Shown here piece by piece: positions 27,640 to 40,504 of a stretch of DNA of 64,000 nt; the stretch's first letter is position 1, and each line of letters opens with the position of its first letter. Both the position numbers and the translations under genes were made by a program. The DNA is from Bigelowiella natans CCMP2755 (taxonomy: Eukaryota; Protista; Cercozoa). The notes under the pieces are model-generated. The model ran no database searches, was not told where the DNA came from, and saw only the letters and a program-made list of their open reading frames with translations. The DNA is taken from positions 59,738-123,737 of the forward strand of contig ADNK01001009.1 of NCBI GenBank assembly GCA_000320545.1, written 5' to 3'.

Positions 27640-29612
27640 ATGCAGTTTGTTTCAATCTTCGTCTCGGTGGTGGCGCATTATCAGTGGCAGGCCTTAAATA
27701 CTGATTCTGCATCATCAGCTGCAAGCACACCATCTCTCCGCGCACCCCCTCTTTCCATGTACAGAATCAAATTCGGGCCCCTTCCCTATGGGAGGACGCT
27801 CAACAACAGAAAGAGGTTGTTCGGGATAAGGGCTGCAAATTTTATGTTTCGGAATAGAGGACAACAGCAACGATCATGGCAGGCCTCGTTTGCAGGAAGT
27901 AAATTTTATCCGCATGGTAGCAGTGCATCGCCTACCACCCACCATCTAAGCGTAGGCCAGAGAATTAATCATCCACCTATATCGGCTCAATATTCCCGCC
28001 CTTTCTCCTTGCACGCTTTCGTTGAAGATGAGATGGACAAGGGACCAGGAGCTTTATCCGCCCGCAACATCACTGTTGCTGAAGCTGCCCACCAAAAACC
28101 TAAGGAGATAGAGATAATCGACGGCGACATCGGAAACGAACAGAAACCAGTCAAGCAGCAACGGCGACGGCAACAGCAGCAGCAGATGAAAAAGAGAAGA
28201 AGCAGAAGGAAAACAAGAAAAAAGCACGCAGATTCGTCGAAGAATTCCAAGCTTCTACCCAGTGCAGTTGAGCTACAGGGGATTGCTAGTATCGTCGCAC
28301 GTCTCCAAGTCCACGGACAATCTCTGGCTATGCTTGCTGCCGGGGGCAGTAGTAATGAGTCAAGACGGAGGGATGATACGTGTCTATGCCTGCACTACGA
28401 ACAGGGCGACCACTACAAGCTGAAGCTCTCTCTTTGCCACCAAGCTCTTCGCAGCAGCCCCTTTCCTTTCCTCAGGGAGGAGGAGGGTAGTTGCCATCAC
28501 AATGGCGGAAGAGATAGATGTAGCCTCGCAAATCGTAACAGGTACGAACAGGACGAGACCGGCTTGGGCGATGATGAGCACGATGGGGTAGAGTTGATCG
28601 GCCCGTTTGAGTCGTCGGCGGCAGAGTCGCTGCTCACCGTGCTGCGGTTTCTCATCTTCGAGACAACGCCCTGGGGGACGAGGAAGGAGATGGCCCAGAT
28701 GGCCCGCGATCTGCTCGGGGAGGAAAATGAAGGTAAGCACTCCTCCTCTGCTGCCACGAACAACCACGAACCCGCGCTGCAAGTAGGCTCCGCGGAACGA
28801 GACTTGCAGCTCCCGAATGATGACAACGACGATGATGACGACGACCACGACCACGACTGGCTGTTAAGTTTCGTGGGAGAGGCTGCTGCCCAGGAAGGAG
28901 GAGACCTCGAGACGCGTTTAATTGCCGTGTCTGAAGGCATGAGAATCGGCGATCTTCGGGCTGAGGGACTGCGTGCTTTGGGTATCCTAGCACGTACGAC
29001 GATGCCTCTGCCAAGACGAATAGAGGCGTTTGATATCTCACACATGCAGGGATTTGGAACGGTGGCGGCACGTAGTGTGCTGGTAGTAGCGAAGTAGTAA
29101 TAGTGGTAGTAATTGTATAGTAGTAGTAGTAGCAGTAGCAGCACAAGCAGAAAGCGAAGAGGGTATGGAGAAGAGAGTGGCAAATCAAATAGGCATCACA
29201 TATACTCAGTTCCTCCTTCTGTACGCTTTTACGAATTGTTACTCTTTTGTCCTCTCCCTCTGCCTCCTCCTTTTTTTCTGCATCATCATCCTCATCATCT
29301 TCTTCTCCTTCTTATCTTGCAAGGTGGGCGGAGAGCCGTGGACTGAATTCTACGATGCACATTCGATCCAGGTCGGTGTCAAGAGAAATTTGATGATAAA
29401 CATTCACCTATTCCTCCTCCTCAACTGAGACCTGCTGAAAATCTGCCTTTTGCTAGGACGCAACGATAGGCCCGGGGCATTCTGATGACTGTGCTGCTAT
29501 AGCAGAAGCCATTCACAAGCGGTTTAAACCGTATGCGTCCCATGCAACAACGAGTACGTGCACCTTACTTCAAGAAGCATCCCTCCCCTGTATGTGCACG
29601 CATTATACAACA

Positions 29613-29654
<42 letters not shown>

Positions 29655-30518
29655 AATGTGTTCCACACAGGCGACGATGCAGCAGCTACCTTCCCCCATC
29701 AAGTTAGCGACGATAATCCATTGCCGGATGTAGTGCTGATTGACGGAGGGAAGGGGCAACTAGCAGCAGCAGAAGGCGTTCTCAAGGAGCTTGGTCTCGA
29801 GACCCAGGTGAGTGTGAGTGATGGATTACGCTAGACATTGTACTGATGCTTCCTATATCCATAGTAATCTACGAGAAATCATAATGCTGTGTGCGAGTGC
29901 GTACTTATTAACTCCTCCACCCCAAACTCTCAACCCCATTTTGCCTCGCGGCAAGGTCTCTTTGCTAGCCCTTTCGAAAAGGGAAGAAACAGTGCATGTC
30001 GCGCCATCTACGGCGAGGAGGGGGAGGAGATGGCGAGAAGAAGGGACTGGCGACTGCGGAGGCATCCCAGACGAAAGCAGAGGAGACGAGGGGGGAGGAC
30101 AGGAGGAGGACATTGCAATATTAGAGGAGATGAACGACGAATCATCGCCCCTTATGCTCCTCCTTAGGCTTGCTAGAGATGAGGCACACGCGGCAGCACT
30201 GTTGACTCACAGAACGGTTGTAACACAGCTTTTTGACTGAGGCGGTGTTGTTACTTGTGATGGTGACGATGATGATGACGATGATGATGACGATGATGAT
30301 GACTTTCGTGATATAGATCTCTTTCCATTAGTGGTAGTAGTATTAGTATTAGTAGTAGTAGTAGTAATAGTAGTTGTAGTAGTAGTATTAGTGGAAGGAT
30401 GAACGATGATAATGGATCGGCAATGATCGATCGTGTTCCTCCTTTAGCTGCGCAATAGTGAGGCATTTCGGTCTCGTCTTGACGGGATTCCAGGTCAGAT
30501 CCCAACGGCCATAACCTC

Positions 30519-30554
<36 letters not shown>

Positions 30555-32273
30555 CATGCATGCATCCCCTTCCCTCTCTCCACCTTAAAGTATAGACCTC
30601 TCTTTTCTCCCCCCCTCTCTCTCCCTCCCTCTCCCTCTCTCTCTCTCTCCTTTTCCCCCCCCCCCCCCCCCCAACTTTCTAAATGTACCTTCACGTGTCT
30701 AATGCGTCATACTTTGTTTGAAGGCCTTGGCCAGCAGAAAAAAGTGGCGCTGTTGGCAGCGTTTGGAGGGAGCATACGCAAAATACAAAGCGCTGAGGTT
30801 GGAGATGATGATAATGATGATGATGATGAAGATGATGAAATAACGAGAAGCCGGTTGGCTAATCATCTATACACGTGTCTAATAGCCCGGCGTCGTTTTG
30901 GAAATTAGTTTCAGCAGCCCTAAGACTCCTCCTGCTACTCGAATTATTACTACAACAGATCCCGGTCCTTTCGTCTGTGCCCGGTATTTCAATCGAGCTT
31001 GCACAGCTAATCAAGAGCTACCTGTCTTCCTCCTCCTCCTCCTCCACCTCCTCCTCCTTCTCCTCCTTTCAAGGCACGTACCGGCATCCTTATCCAACTG
31101 CCGTGGCACCTCAGTTCGGACTGTACGATTCAGCAGCTAGTGCTCTGTCGTTGATGACGGGGAGGAGGGGGAGAGGTGGCGTGGCAGAGCCGTTTCAAGA
31201 GGGAAAACAGAATGCGGACAAAGAGGAGGAGGAGAGGGGCGGAGGGGGGGAGGAAGGAGCTCCGCTGGCCTCTGCGGCAATGCGGAGGGGCGGGCTCGAG
31301 GCGAGGCGATGGTGGAAGGAGAAGCGCACATTAGGAATCCATCATACTGGCAATAGCTATTACGATCTCCCTAGTGATGAAAGCAGTACCAGCAGCACTG
31401 CTATTGATGGGAAAGTGCAAGCTCGAAGTCAACGTGAGGAGGGTATTCGTGCGCTTTTGAGAGGCTTTCAGGGAACTGTTGAAAGGCTAAGAGGACGGCC
31501 CCCTCCCTCCTCCTCCTCCTCCGCATATAATCGCAGTAGCGTTGTCGGGCTGGGCAAGAATAGCAGTAAAAGCAGCAGATCACAGAATAGTGGACAACTA
31601 GGTGAGCATCATCAACTACGCCATCATGATGATGACGGTGATGTTGGAGAGGATGATAGAGGAAATGATGATGGCAATCAACAAAGTGATATTATTATTT
31701 CACCACAAGCCGTGTCCCCGGTTCCCGGGAAGGCCACGAATGGAATGGCAGACCTGCAACGCTATCACCGGCCAAATAACCACACTGCTCGTCATCGACC
31801 CCAGCTATTGAAAATGGCGCTGGAAGCCATTGACCGATCCTCTCTAAGGGCAACGAAGGCAGTAGCCGAAAAAACAGCAGCAGCAGCAGCAGCAGCAGCA
31901 ATAGCTGCAAGGACACCTTCCCTAGAAGCGGAGGCAAAGAAAAAAAGCCAGGAAAATCAGCGTAACGGAGAGGATAGGGAGCTGAGAGAGGAGAAGGGGG
32001 AGGGGGAGGAGGAGACGGGGGGGGAGAGTAGAGGAAAGAGAGAAAGGAATACAACTACAACAGCTGGTGATCTTGCAAGCTCTCCTCGCAGCCTCTTCCA
32101 ATTATACGCACCGTATAACGAGACTTCGGAGCAGCACCGCGTTGTTTCGTCTTTGTCGCGGCGTATCCTTGAGCAAGGGAGCCGGCACTCAGTTCTGAAG
32201 GGTGCCACGGGCACTGGAAAGACCTTCGTCATGGGGCGACTCATTCAGGAAGTTAACAGGTTCTTCTATGATA

Positions 32274-32305
<32 letters not shown>

Positions 32306-32415
32306 GATGATGGAAAGATCGATGATGATGATTAAGATGATGAGGATATTCCGTGTGCTTTTTTGGAACACACAGAGATCGAATTATATTTTAAAAACGC
32401 GCGCACAAAAACAAA

Positions 32416-32468
<53 letters not shown>

Positions 32469-34577
32469 GCGTGCATAGATGAGCTCTCCCAGAGCAAGAT
32501 AAATTAATAATACGTGCTGTAACAACCTGCCGGAGAGAAGAGCGCCTAGATGCTTTGTGATAGGAGAGATGACCCGCAGAGAACCATAACCGCTGCTGCT
32601 GCTGCTACTGCTTTGATATTCAGGCCAACGCTCGTATTAGCTCCAAACAAAGTCCTAGCCGCGCAGCTCTACGACGAGTTCAAACGATTCTTCCCGAACA
32701 ACGCCGTACGAGCCTAAATTAGAAGCTGCTCTCCCTTGCATTGATCTGTTGGCATCATTGTACGTACATCTCTGGGCTGCTCGGCCATCGTTTGTCTTTG
32801 CCCTGTTGATTCAGGAGTCGTGTGTCGTGATTGCTGGTGTGTGTTTCGCAGGTGGAGTACTTCGTCAGCTACTACGATTTCTACAGGCCGGAGTCCTACA
32901 AAGTATCACCACGACTAAGATTCTTCCCTCAGCACATGACATGATACCCCGAGCGACGGCTGCTGCCGCTGCTCACCGCGTTGATTCTTGCTGCTTTGTG
33001 TTAGGTTGTCGGGGACATTTTTCTCGACAAGATGTCCAACGTTAATGACGACATCGATCGTCTTCGTCATAGCGCCACACGTATGGAACTGCCCGCGGCT
33101 ACTAATAGAGAATAGATTCGGCTGCTGATAGTTTGTCTTGCCAACCCCTCATGTTTCTGGTTCATGCTCTTTCTGAGAGAGAGAGAGAGCGAGAGAGGAT
33201 ACCCAATTTGTTCCCTCCCCTCCTCCCCCAACACACTCATATATGATGCTTGTGTGCAGGAGCGCTGCTGGAGCGTCGTGATGTCGTAGTAGTCGCCTCC
33301 GTATCGTGTATATATGGCCTCGGAATGCCGAAGAGCTATGTGCAAATGGCCTTTCCCCTGGAGATTGGGCAGATATGGGCAGGGGGTGACGGGGATGAAG
33401 CAATGAATTCTCCGGGTGAGGAGGAGATAAGGATAGCAATGATGGGGAAGGGCACTAACGATGAGGGCAGAATCATTGGTGGAGAGGAGGAGGACATCTT
33501 CCCTGATGATGGCGACGGTCCTCAGCCAGCACACTATTTCGAAGCAGCAGCTCCTCCCCCTCTTCCCTCCCTTCTAGCGGCCCTGCAGTCTCTTGCGTAT
33601 AGAGAGGCCGATAGCCTGAGTAGCTTGGAAAGAGGGTCTTTCCTCTTTTCTCTCCCTCTTCTACTTCTTCTTCTTCTTCTTCTTCTTCTGCGTCGTGCCA
33701 TTTGTGGATATGGCCTCCTTACGATGCCGCACCAACCCTAGTGTGCTTAAGCAGAACAGGGGTATCATCGTCTTCCTCCCCCCCCTCCTCCTCCTCTCTG
33801 TCTTCTTCTGCTTTCTCTCCACCTTCCCGTAATGATGAAGCGGGGACGGAATCTCAGTCGTTGTCATCAGACACAGCAACAACACGCATTGAGGCAATTT
33901 ATAAGCTCAGCGAGGAGGGGTGGGTGGGCCTGGAGGGGTGGGAGGAAGGTGCTGAGGAGGAAATTGGCGGTCCCTTCGCACCTCCGCATTCAAGTGACGA
34001 GATCGGTAATAGTGATGAGGCTAGTGGTATCAATGGCCTTCGAGGGGTCCATTTTTACGATAATCTGACGACGACGAAGGTACCGCGGCTGCCTGCAACC
34101 GAGAAGGTCAATGATCCGTTTGTTTTATGAACGTGCGACTTGACGTGCGATGATGGGTCATCATCTTCGGACGTTGCTTGGCCTTTGTTGTCTCGGTCAA
34201 TCCGAAATCAATCCCACACCATCATGTATACGCAGGTGGAGAGCGTTATGGTATACCCCGCCTCTCACCACGTATTATCATCGAGGGACAAAGATAGAGT
34301 CGTAGAAGACATCAAGGTAATTCGCTCGTCCATCCATAACTAGCGACTGCACAGAAAACCGCTTAACGAGCACACACACGATGTGATATCGACAACGACG
34401 ATATTAACGAGGCACTCCCCATTTTTCGCTCTTTTCTTTCTCCGCCTCCTCTCTTTTCTTTCTTGTCGGGGGTTTTGACAGTCATTCCTCTCCCCCTCCT
34501 TCCTTCCTCCTCCTCTTGTTTTCGGGCCATAGGAGGAGCTCGATGCTCGCTTGCAGGAGCTCATTGCGGTATGCATG

Positions 34578-34618
<41 letters not shown>

Positions 34619-34906
34619 CTCCTCCTCTAACCGCCTCATTTCAATCATCCTCCTCTCTGAGTTCCTTTCTCCCTCCACCTTCATTCCAGGCGGGTCAAAC
34701 TCTGGAAGCACGACGACTGCGTGACCGCACGAGGAGGAACATCGAAGAGATTGAGGCCAAGGGGTTCTGCAAAGGTGGTGTGTTGTCTATTTTCATCTAC
34801 AGTACAATCGTGTAGCGAGTTAGAGAGGGAGAGTGAGAGAGATAGAGCGAGAGAGAAAATGACAGTGTGTGTGTGTGTGTGTATCTGTGTATATCTGTGT
34901 ATATCT

Positions 34907-34945
<39 letters not shown>

Positions 34946-35710
34946 TGTTAAGAGTGGATTAGTCAGGACATAGTGTTGCCAGTTTTCGGAGCACGTATGA
35001 TTATACTAGCTTGAAAGCCATGCTTGTGCGTGAGAGAGTGTATATGTGCGTTCGTTCGTTCGTTCTGTTGTGAGCGCGTCACTGACTTATCTAAGAAAAA
35101 CAATAATAATCCTGATTAAGATGCCGTTATGTGGTTGTGATGATGATGCGGTAACCCCCCCCCCCCCTTCCCCTACCCAGGGATTGAAAACTACTCCCGG
35201 CATTTATCTGGGAAATCCCCGGGGGAGCCTCCGGACACGCTGCTGGATTACTTTCCTCGTCGCAATCGAGACCCGAACGGGATCTCTCAGTCAAGAGAGC
35301 CAGAAACAAAGGCTACGAACGAGAAAGAAGACGATGAATGGCTGCTCGTCATTGATGAGTCGCATGTCACCGTACCGCAGGTGGTTGTAGCTACAAGCCC
35401 TTGGGTTTATTATTGTACGACCACGATGATGATGATGATAAATCTGACCAGAACAATTTCTAATCTCCTCCCTCCTCTTCTTTTTCTTCCTCTTTCTCTT
35501 TTTCTTTTTTTCCTCTTCTTCTTCTTCTTCTTCTTCTCGTCCCCCCTTCCCCTTCAATTGGACGCCTTTCCACGGTTTTACTGCTTCGTAGATTGGGGGG
35601 ATGTTCGAAGGGGATCGGCGCCGAAAGACAACACTAGTGCAGCACGGGTGGAAGCTTATCATCATCACTGCCTTACTCTGTTGATACTTAACAACTGCCT
35701 ACGTGCATGC

Positions 35711-35745
<35 letters not shown>

Positions 35746-36590
35746 TGGTGCCGCACATTCCCAATTCACGATATTACGCAAATCTCTCTCCTCGCCACGA
35801 CGTACAGTGTTCTTATGTGATGCTGCAGGTACAAGCTGGTGTAGTTTGGTTCCATCATCGTCGTTATCGGTGAAGTTATTGATGATTTTTGTTATGTAAA
35901 GGTTTCGGCTTCCCTCGGCCGTCGACAATCGTCCGCTCACGGGCGCTGAATTCTGGGCGCGTGTTCCACAGGTCTCTATGTGCTTTTTAGAAGACTTAGA
36001 ATGGCTTGTTTCAAGTGCCGTAGTCCGTTTCAACGTTGGGCACGCAACCGCTTGGGAAATTAGCCGCGCCTTAAATTGTACCGTTCGAATCATCTATTGT
36101 GCCCCGTGAATTCATGTTCTCCCTCTCCGCCCCTTCATCTCATCGCTAGGCTCTCTATGTATCTGCAACGCCTGGGGCTGAGGAGATTCGCCGCGCGGCA
36201 GCTGTAGGGCCTTCTGGGGGCGCAGCTGCCGCGACGGGGACACGCATCAATGGCAACGTTGATGGTGGGGATGATCACGACGACTGCTCGCAAGAACAGC
36301 AGAACCATGAAGAGCTTGTCCTTCGCCCAACTGGTATTCTTGACCCTAAAATCGAGATTCGCAAGCTGCACGAGCACGTCGACGATTTGCTCGAGGAGGT
36401 CTATCTACGCTCTTCGCTCTGTCTTTCTTAATTATTGCCTAGTTTGCGCCGATGTAGAACATCATCGCCGTTTATTGGCAGGTAATGGCGGCAAGAAAGC
36501 GGCAAGAGCGGGTGCTGATCACAGTCGTGACCAAGAGGCTTGCAGAAGGGCTTGCCACGTTCCTGCAGGAGAGGGAGGTGGGTAGCATGT

Positions 36591-36656
<66 letters not shown>

Positions 36657-36952
36657 AGTGTGTGTGTCCTCTCTAGTGTTTACATCGTCTCTTTTCTGCT
36701 GAAGTATAAAGACTTTTCATTGACATGGAGATGAACGTATGAACAAATACAAATATTTAAAGGCAAATTGAGGAACGGCACGATCGATGTAGTCGTGGGG
36801 GTCAATTTACTTCGTGAAGGTATCAATAGCTGTCAGTGCGTGCGTGCAAATATGATCCTTGCTCTGCACAAAGTAGTGTTAGTGAATTTCTCCATTCGTG
36901 GCCATCTTACTATCATCTTCAATCTTCACTCCCATCATACAACATACCAATG

Positions 36953-36985
<33 letters not shown>

Positions 36986-37329
36986 GTCAGGCCTTGATTT
37001 GCCCGAAGTTGCTCTTGTGATCATATGCGACGCAGACAAAGAGGGTAGCAGTATACCGATCGCACCGTATAATTCCGATTTTTCCTAAGCACGTCTAACT
37101 CTCTTCCTCCCCCCCCCCCCTCTCTCTTTATACACAACCCCCCCCCCCCCTTCCGGGGAAAATTGTAGGCTTTTTGCGGAGTGAAACAAGTCTAATCCAG
37201 ACGATAGGACGCGCAGCTAGGCATGTGGATGGGAGGGTTATCATGTACGCGGTACGACCACACTTCTTTCAAATAAGTAGTTGAACTCTTTTAGCCGTGT
37301 CAATAGGGTTTTCGGTGCCATAAAGAATC

Positions 37330-37368
<39 letters not shown>

Positions 37369-38497
37369 CTTTGTTGGGATAGTTCTACTAGCTTTTAGTC
37401 TCCTTCTTTCTCTCTCTACAAATTGCTCTTTGATTTTAGTTCTCACAAACCCCAGCAACAAGCATATTATGAGAGACATGAGAAAGAACTTATCCTTCCA
37501 TACTGAAGTTATAACTTAATGTTACCACTAATATTGATACTGTCCAGGACATTATCACGGGTTCAATGCGTCGGGCAATCTCGGAAACTTCTCGCCGCCG
37601 CCGACTCCAAATCTCGCACAATCGACGAAATAATATTTCTCCACGACCCCTTGAAAGGCCCCAGCACCGCAACGTGCTGCTTGATGTTATCGGCGGGTCG
37701 AAGGGGGATAAGGAGATAAAGAAAAAGAAGAAGGAAAAAAAAATGAGTGGCAAGAATGGTGGAGACATCATCAGGCGAGATGAGCCAAAAAGGGTTCAGG
37801 AGAACAGTGGTGATGCCGGTGGCAGGGATGCCCAGATAAAGACGACGAAGACAACGAGCGAGCGGAAAATGAAACTAGGATTCAAGAACAAGGAGGTGAT
37901 AACAGTAAAATAGGCTGACAAACTTATTATGCTTGCGGGTGTGATAGCAGAGATATCAGGGGTAGTAGTAATTGTCATAGTAATAGTATTCTCGTTTATC
38001 AATATATTTCGCCCGCTGATCCTTCCTACGCTATGTTGTGAACCAAAAACAACCTACTTAGGCAGCACTCGAGACAATTTCTCTTCTGGAGAGCTCAAAA
38101 CCTTTGAATAAACGCGCCCCGACAATTGCTCTACTGCTGCGTCGCGCCCGCTCGCACCCTCACCAAACCTCAGGCATGAGAGACTCAATAAAGGTGTAAG
38201 CGATATATATCATTTGGGTATAGTAAAATGAAGTTGGGGTTAGTTGAGGTGGAGTAAGAATGGAAGAGAACAATTTTAATCACAATGGTGTACGGCATGA
38301 CATAGCCGATACGTTGCGATAATTACTTCTCTGATCGAATGTAGGTCTTCGAGAATTGGTTGGAAAGACACAAAGCCAAAATGGCAGCAAAAAAAGAAAG
38401 AGAGAAAGAGGAAAGGAGGGAAGAGCGACTTAAGCGGCTGGCGAGGACTAAAGAAGAGAGAGAAAAGAACAAGTTGAAGAAAAAATTAGAAAGATGA
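27640..38497 (+). CDS. uvrC-uvrB: UvrC(C-terminal half)-UvrB fusion protein, intron-rich, with a signal/transit-like presequence
   Basis: UvrC: [37 protein letters not shown], HhH motifs GIPGLG and VPGIS. UvrB: [119 protein letters not shown]. Stop TGA 38495-38497. Confidence 0.9.
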
Positions 38498-39082
38498 ATG
38501 GAACAGTAGAATCAACACGTTTGCTGTGACAAAGCAATGAATTAGCCATGTAGGCATGATTGTTCCAGAGCAGTGTTCGTGAATGATGCATGGCATCGAT
38601 CTACTCTGCGATGTTTCACGCAACTCCTAACACATTGCAAACGCGGCTAAAAAATGAGGATGTTGAACACAGGAGACAAGCAGTCGAAAATTGCAACGCA
38701 CGCTAGCACGGCTAGCTAGCTAGATGGTCTAGTGGTGGCATGCACAAAAAATGCGAAGCACACTAGCACATCTAGACATGCACATGCGACGATGCACGGG
38801 CATGCACAACACATCGCCACTCAACAAAAGTTACTAATGAAATCTGCATGTGCTTGAAAATTTCTGGTTGCATCGGAGGACTTTTTCATTTCATCTTTGC
38901 GACTTCGTTGAGTCAGCATGAGCATGCAATTCATGACAGCTAGACAGCATGAGGATGGAGGAAATGAATTTTTACACTCAATGAAACATTAACTTGGAAC
39001 AATGGTACAAGTAACAGCAGTTTGAAATCATTGCTACACGTCGGAGGAAGTGATGCCATGATGTTGGAAACATGGTTCGTTG

Positions 39083-40120
39083 TTAGCAGCAGCAGCAGTA
39101 TTTCTTCGACATATTTTCATGTGTTTCAAATATTTTTCCAACAGAAGGATCATCGATGTTCGGGAATTCCAAAGCTGATAGCATGATGCATTGATAGACA
39201 TCTCCAACTGCACGCTCATCAAATCTTCTTTCTCTTTCATGAAACCAAATTGAGCTCAAGAGAATGCAAGAAATTAAAAATATAGCAGATAGGATGAAAT
39301 TGGTATATCCTGCTTTGTGAATATCTAGCACAATAGCCAAGCTTGCCAGAATAAGACACAGAGAGCCTACAAACTGGAAAAGAATTTGTATCAATTTATT
39401 CAAGGAATGATCTAGTTCGACAAAATCTTACCAGCATGCAAAATATACGGGAAGCATAGTTTGTGGATCTGGGTCGAAACCTAAAGTATCAACATTCTTA
39501 GCAACTCAAATCATGAATCTATTACTCTAAAAGGACAATTCAGTTTCTTAGGGTATTTATTACGGAGTTTCCAGGACTACACGGACTCTTTCGGGCCTTT
39601 ATTAAAATTTGAGAATGAACACATAGTGGCAACTTAAACGATTTTTGCTTGGCGATTACCCATAGTAATAAGCCCTTCCTTTGATGAGATAATCTTTATA
39701 TTGGGAATCACACCGATGATAAAAGCACTCAAAAAGGAAATAATTCTCCGGTGCTGGGGATGATATTACACGTCCGTACAACCCGGTCGATAATTTTCCC
39801 CACTTGCTTTCCGGTAAGGGATAAAATCTTCTGTCGAGTATAGCCTGCATTTACCAATATGACAATTACAGGTTTATTACAAAATACTTGCTTGCACCAT
39901 GTGATTAATATTCACACCTTGTACTCTTCTATTGAATGCCTTACTACCACGCCAAGAGGTTTATCATCATACGTTTTGATATCCACTTTGGTTCCAAGCT
40001 AACAATTTGGATCAATGTTTTCACAATTCTAAACGATATATGAATCTTTTTACGAACCAGAGATTCCTCAGCAGTACCAGCTTGCTTTTTCGAAAATGGC
40101 GAGAGCAAGTTAATTGGCAT
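39083..40120 (-). CDS. Hypothetical small membrane protein (two C-terminal TM helices, ends in CCCC)
   Basis: Last exon FVGSLCLILASLAIVLD...ILSAIFLISCILLSSIWF...KKYCCCC*. In-phase upstream exons with short AT-rich introns. Start tentative. Confidence 0.5.
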
Positions 40121-40504
40121 GTTCCTCTTCGAACCGGTGTGAGGTGGTGATTGTTATGCGAGAGGGAAGTTGGCGATTTCTGCTGCCGCGACATTACTTA
40201 AACTCATAATGCTCTTGAAAACCGTATCGATTTGCAATCACATCCCTATATCACAGTTGACACTGGCATAGGCGTTTTTCATTGGATTATTGTTTTAATT
40301 CGTAAGTGTTTTGCAGTCACGACACAACAACTGTTATGTCGGAGACCATGATAAGACAAATCCAATGGTTATGCTAGCGCCAAAATCCAAAACTCTGTTG
40401 GGATCTCACAAAAATGTTTGCAGGTGCAATTAATGTTCTAAAGGATGTTAACGTCTTTGAAATGGACGTGCCTGTAACCAAATGAAATATAATTGAAATA
40501 AGGA

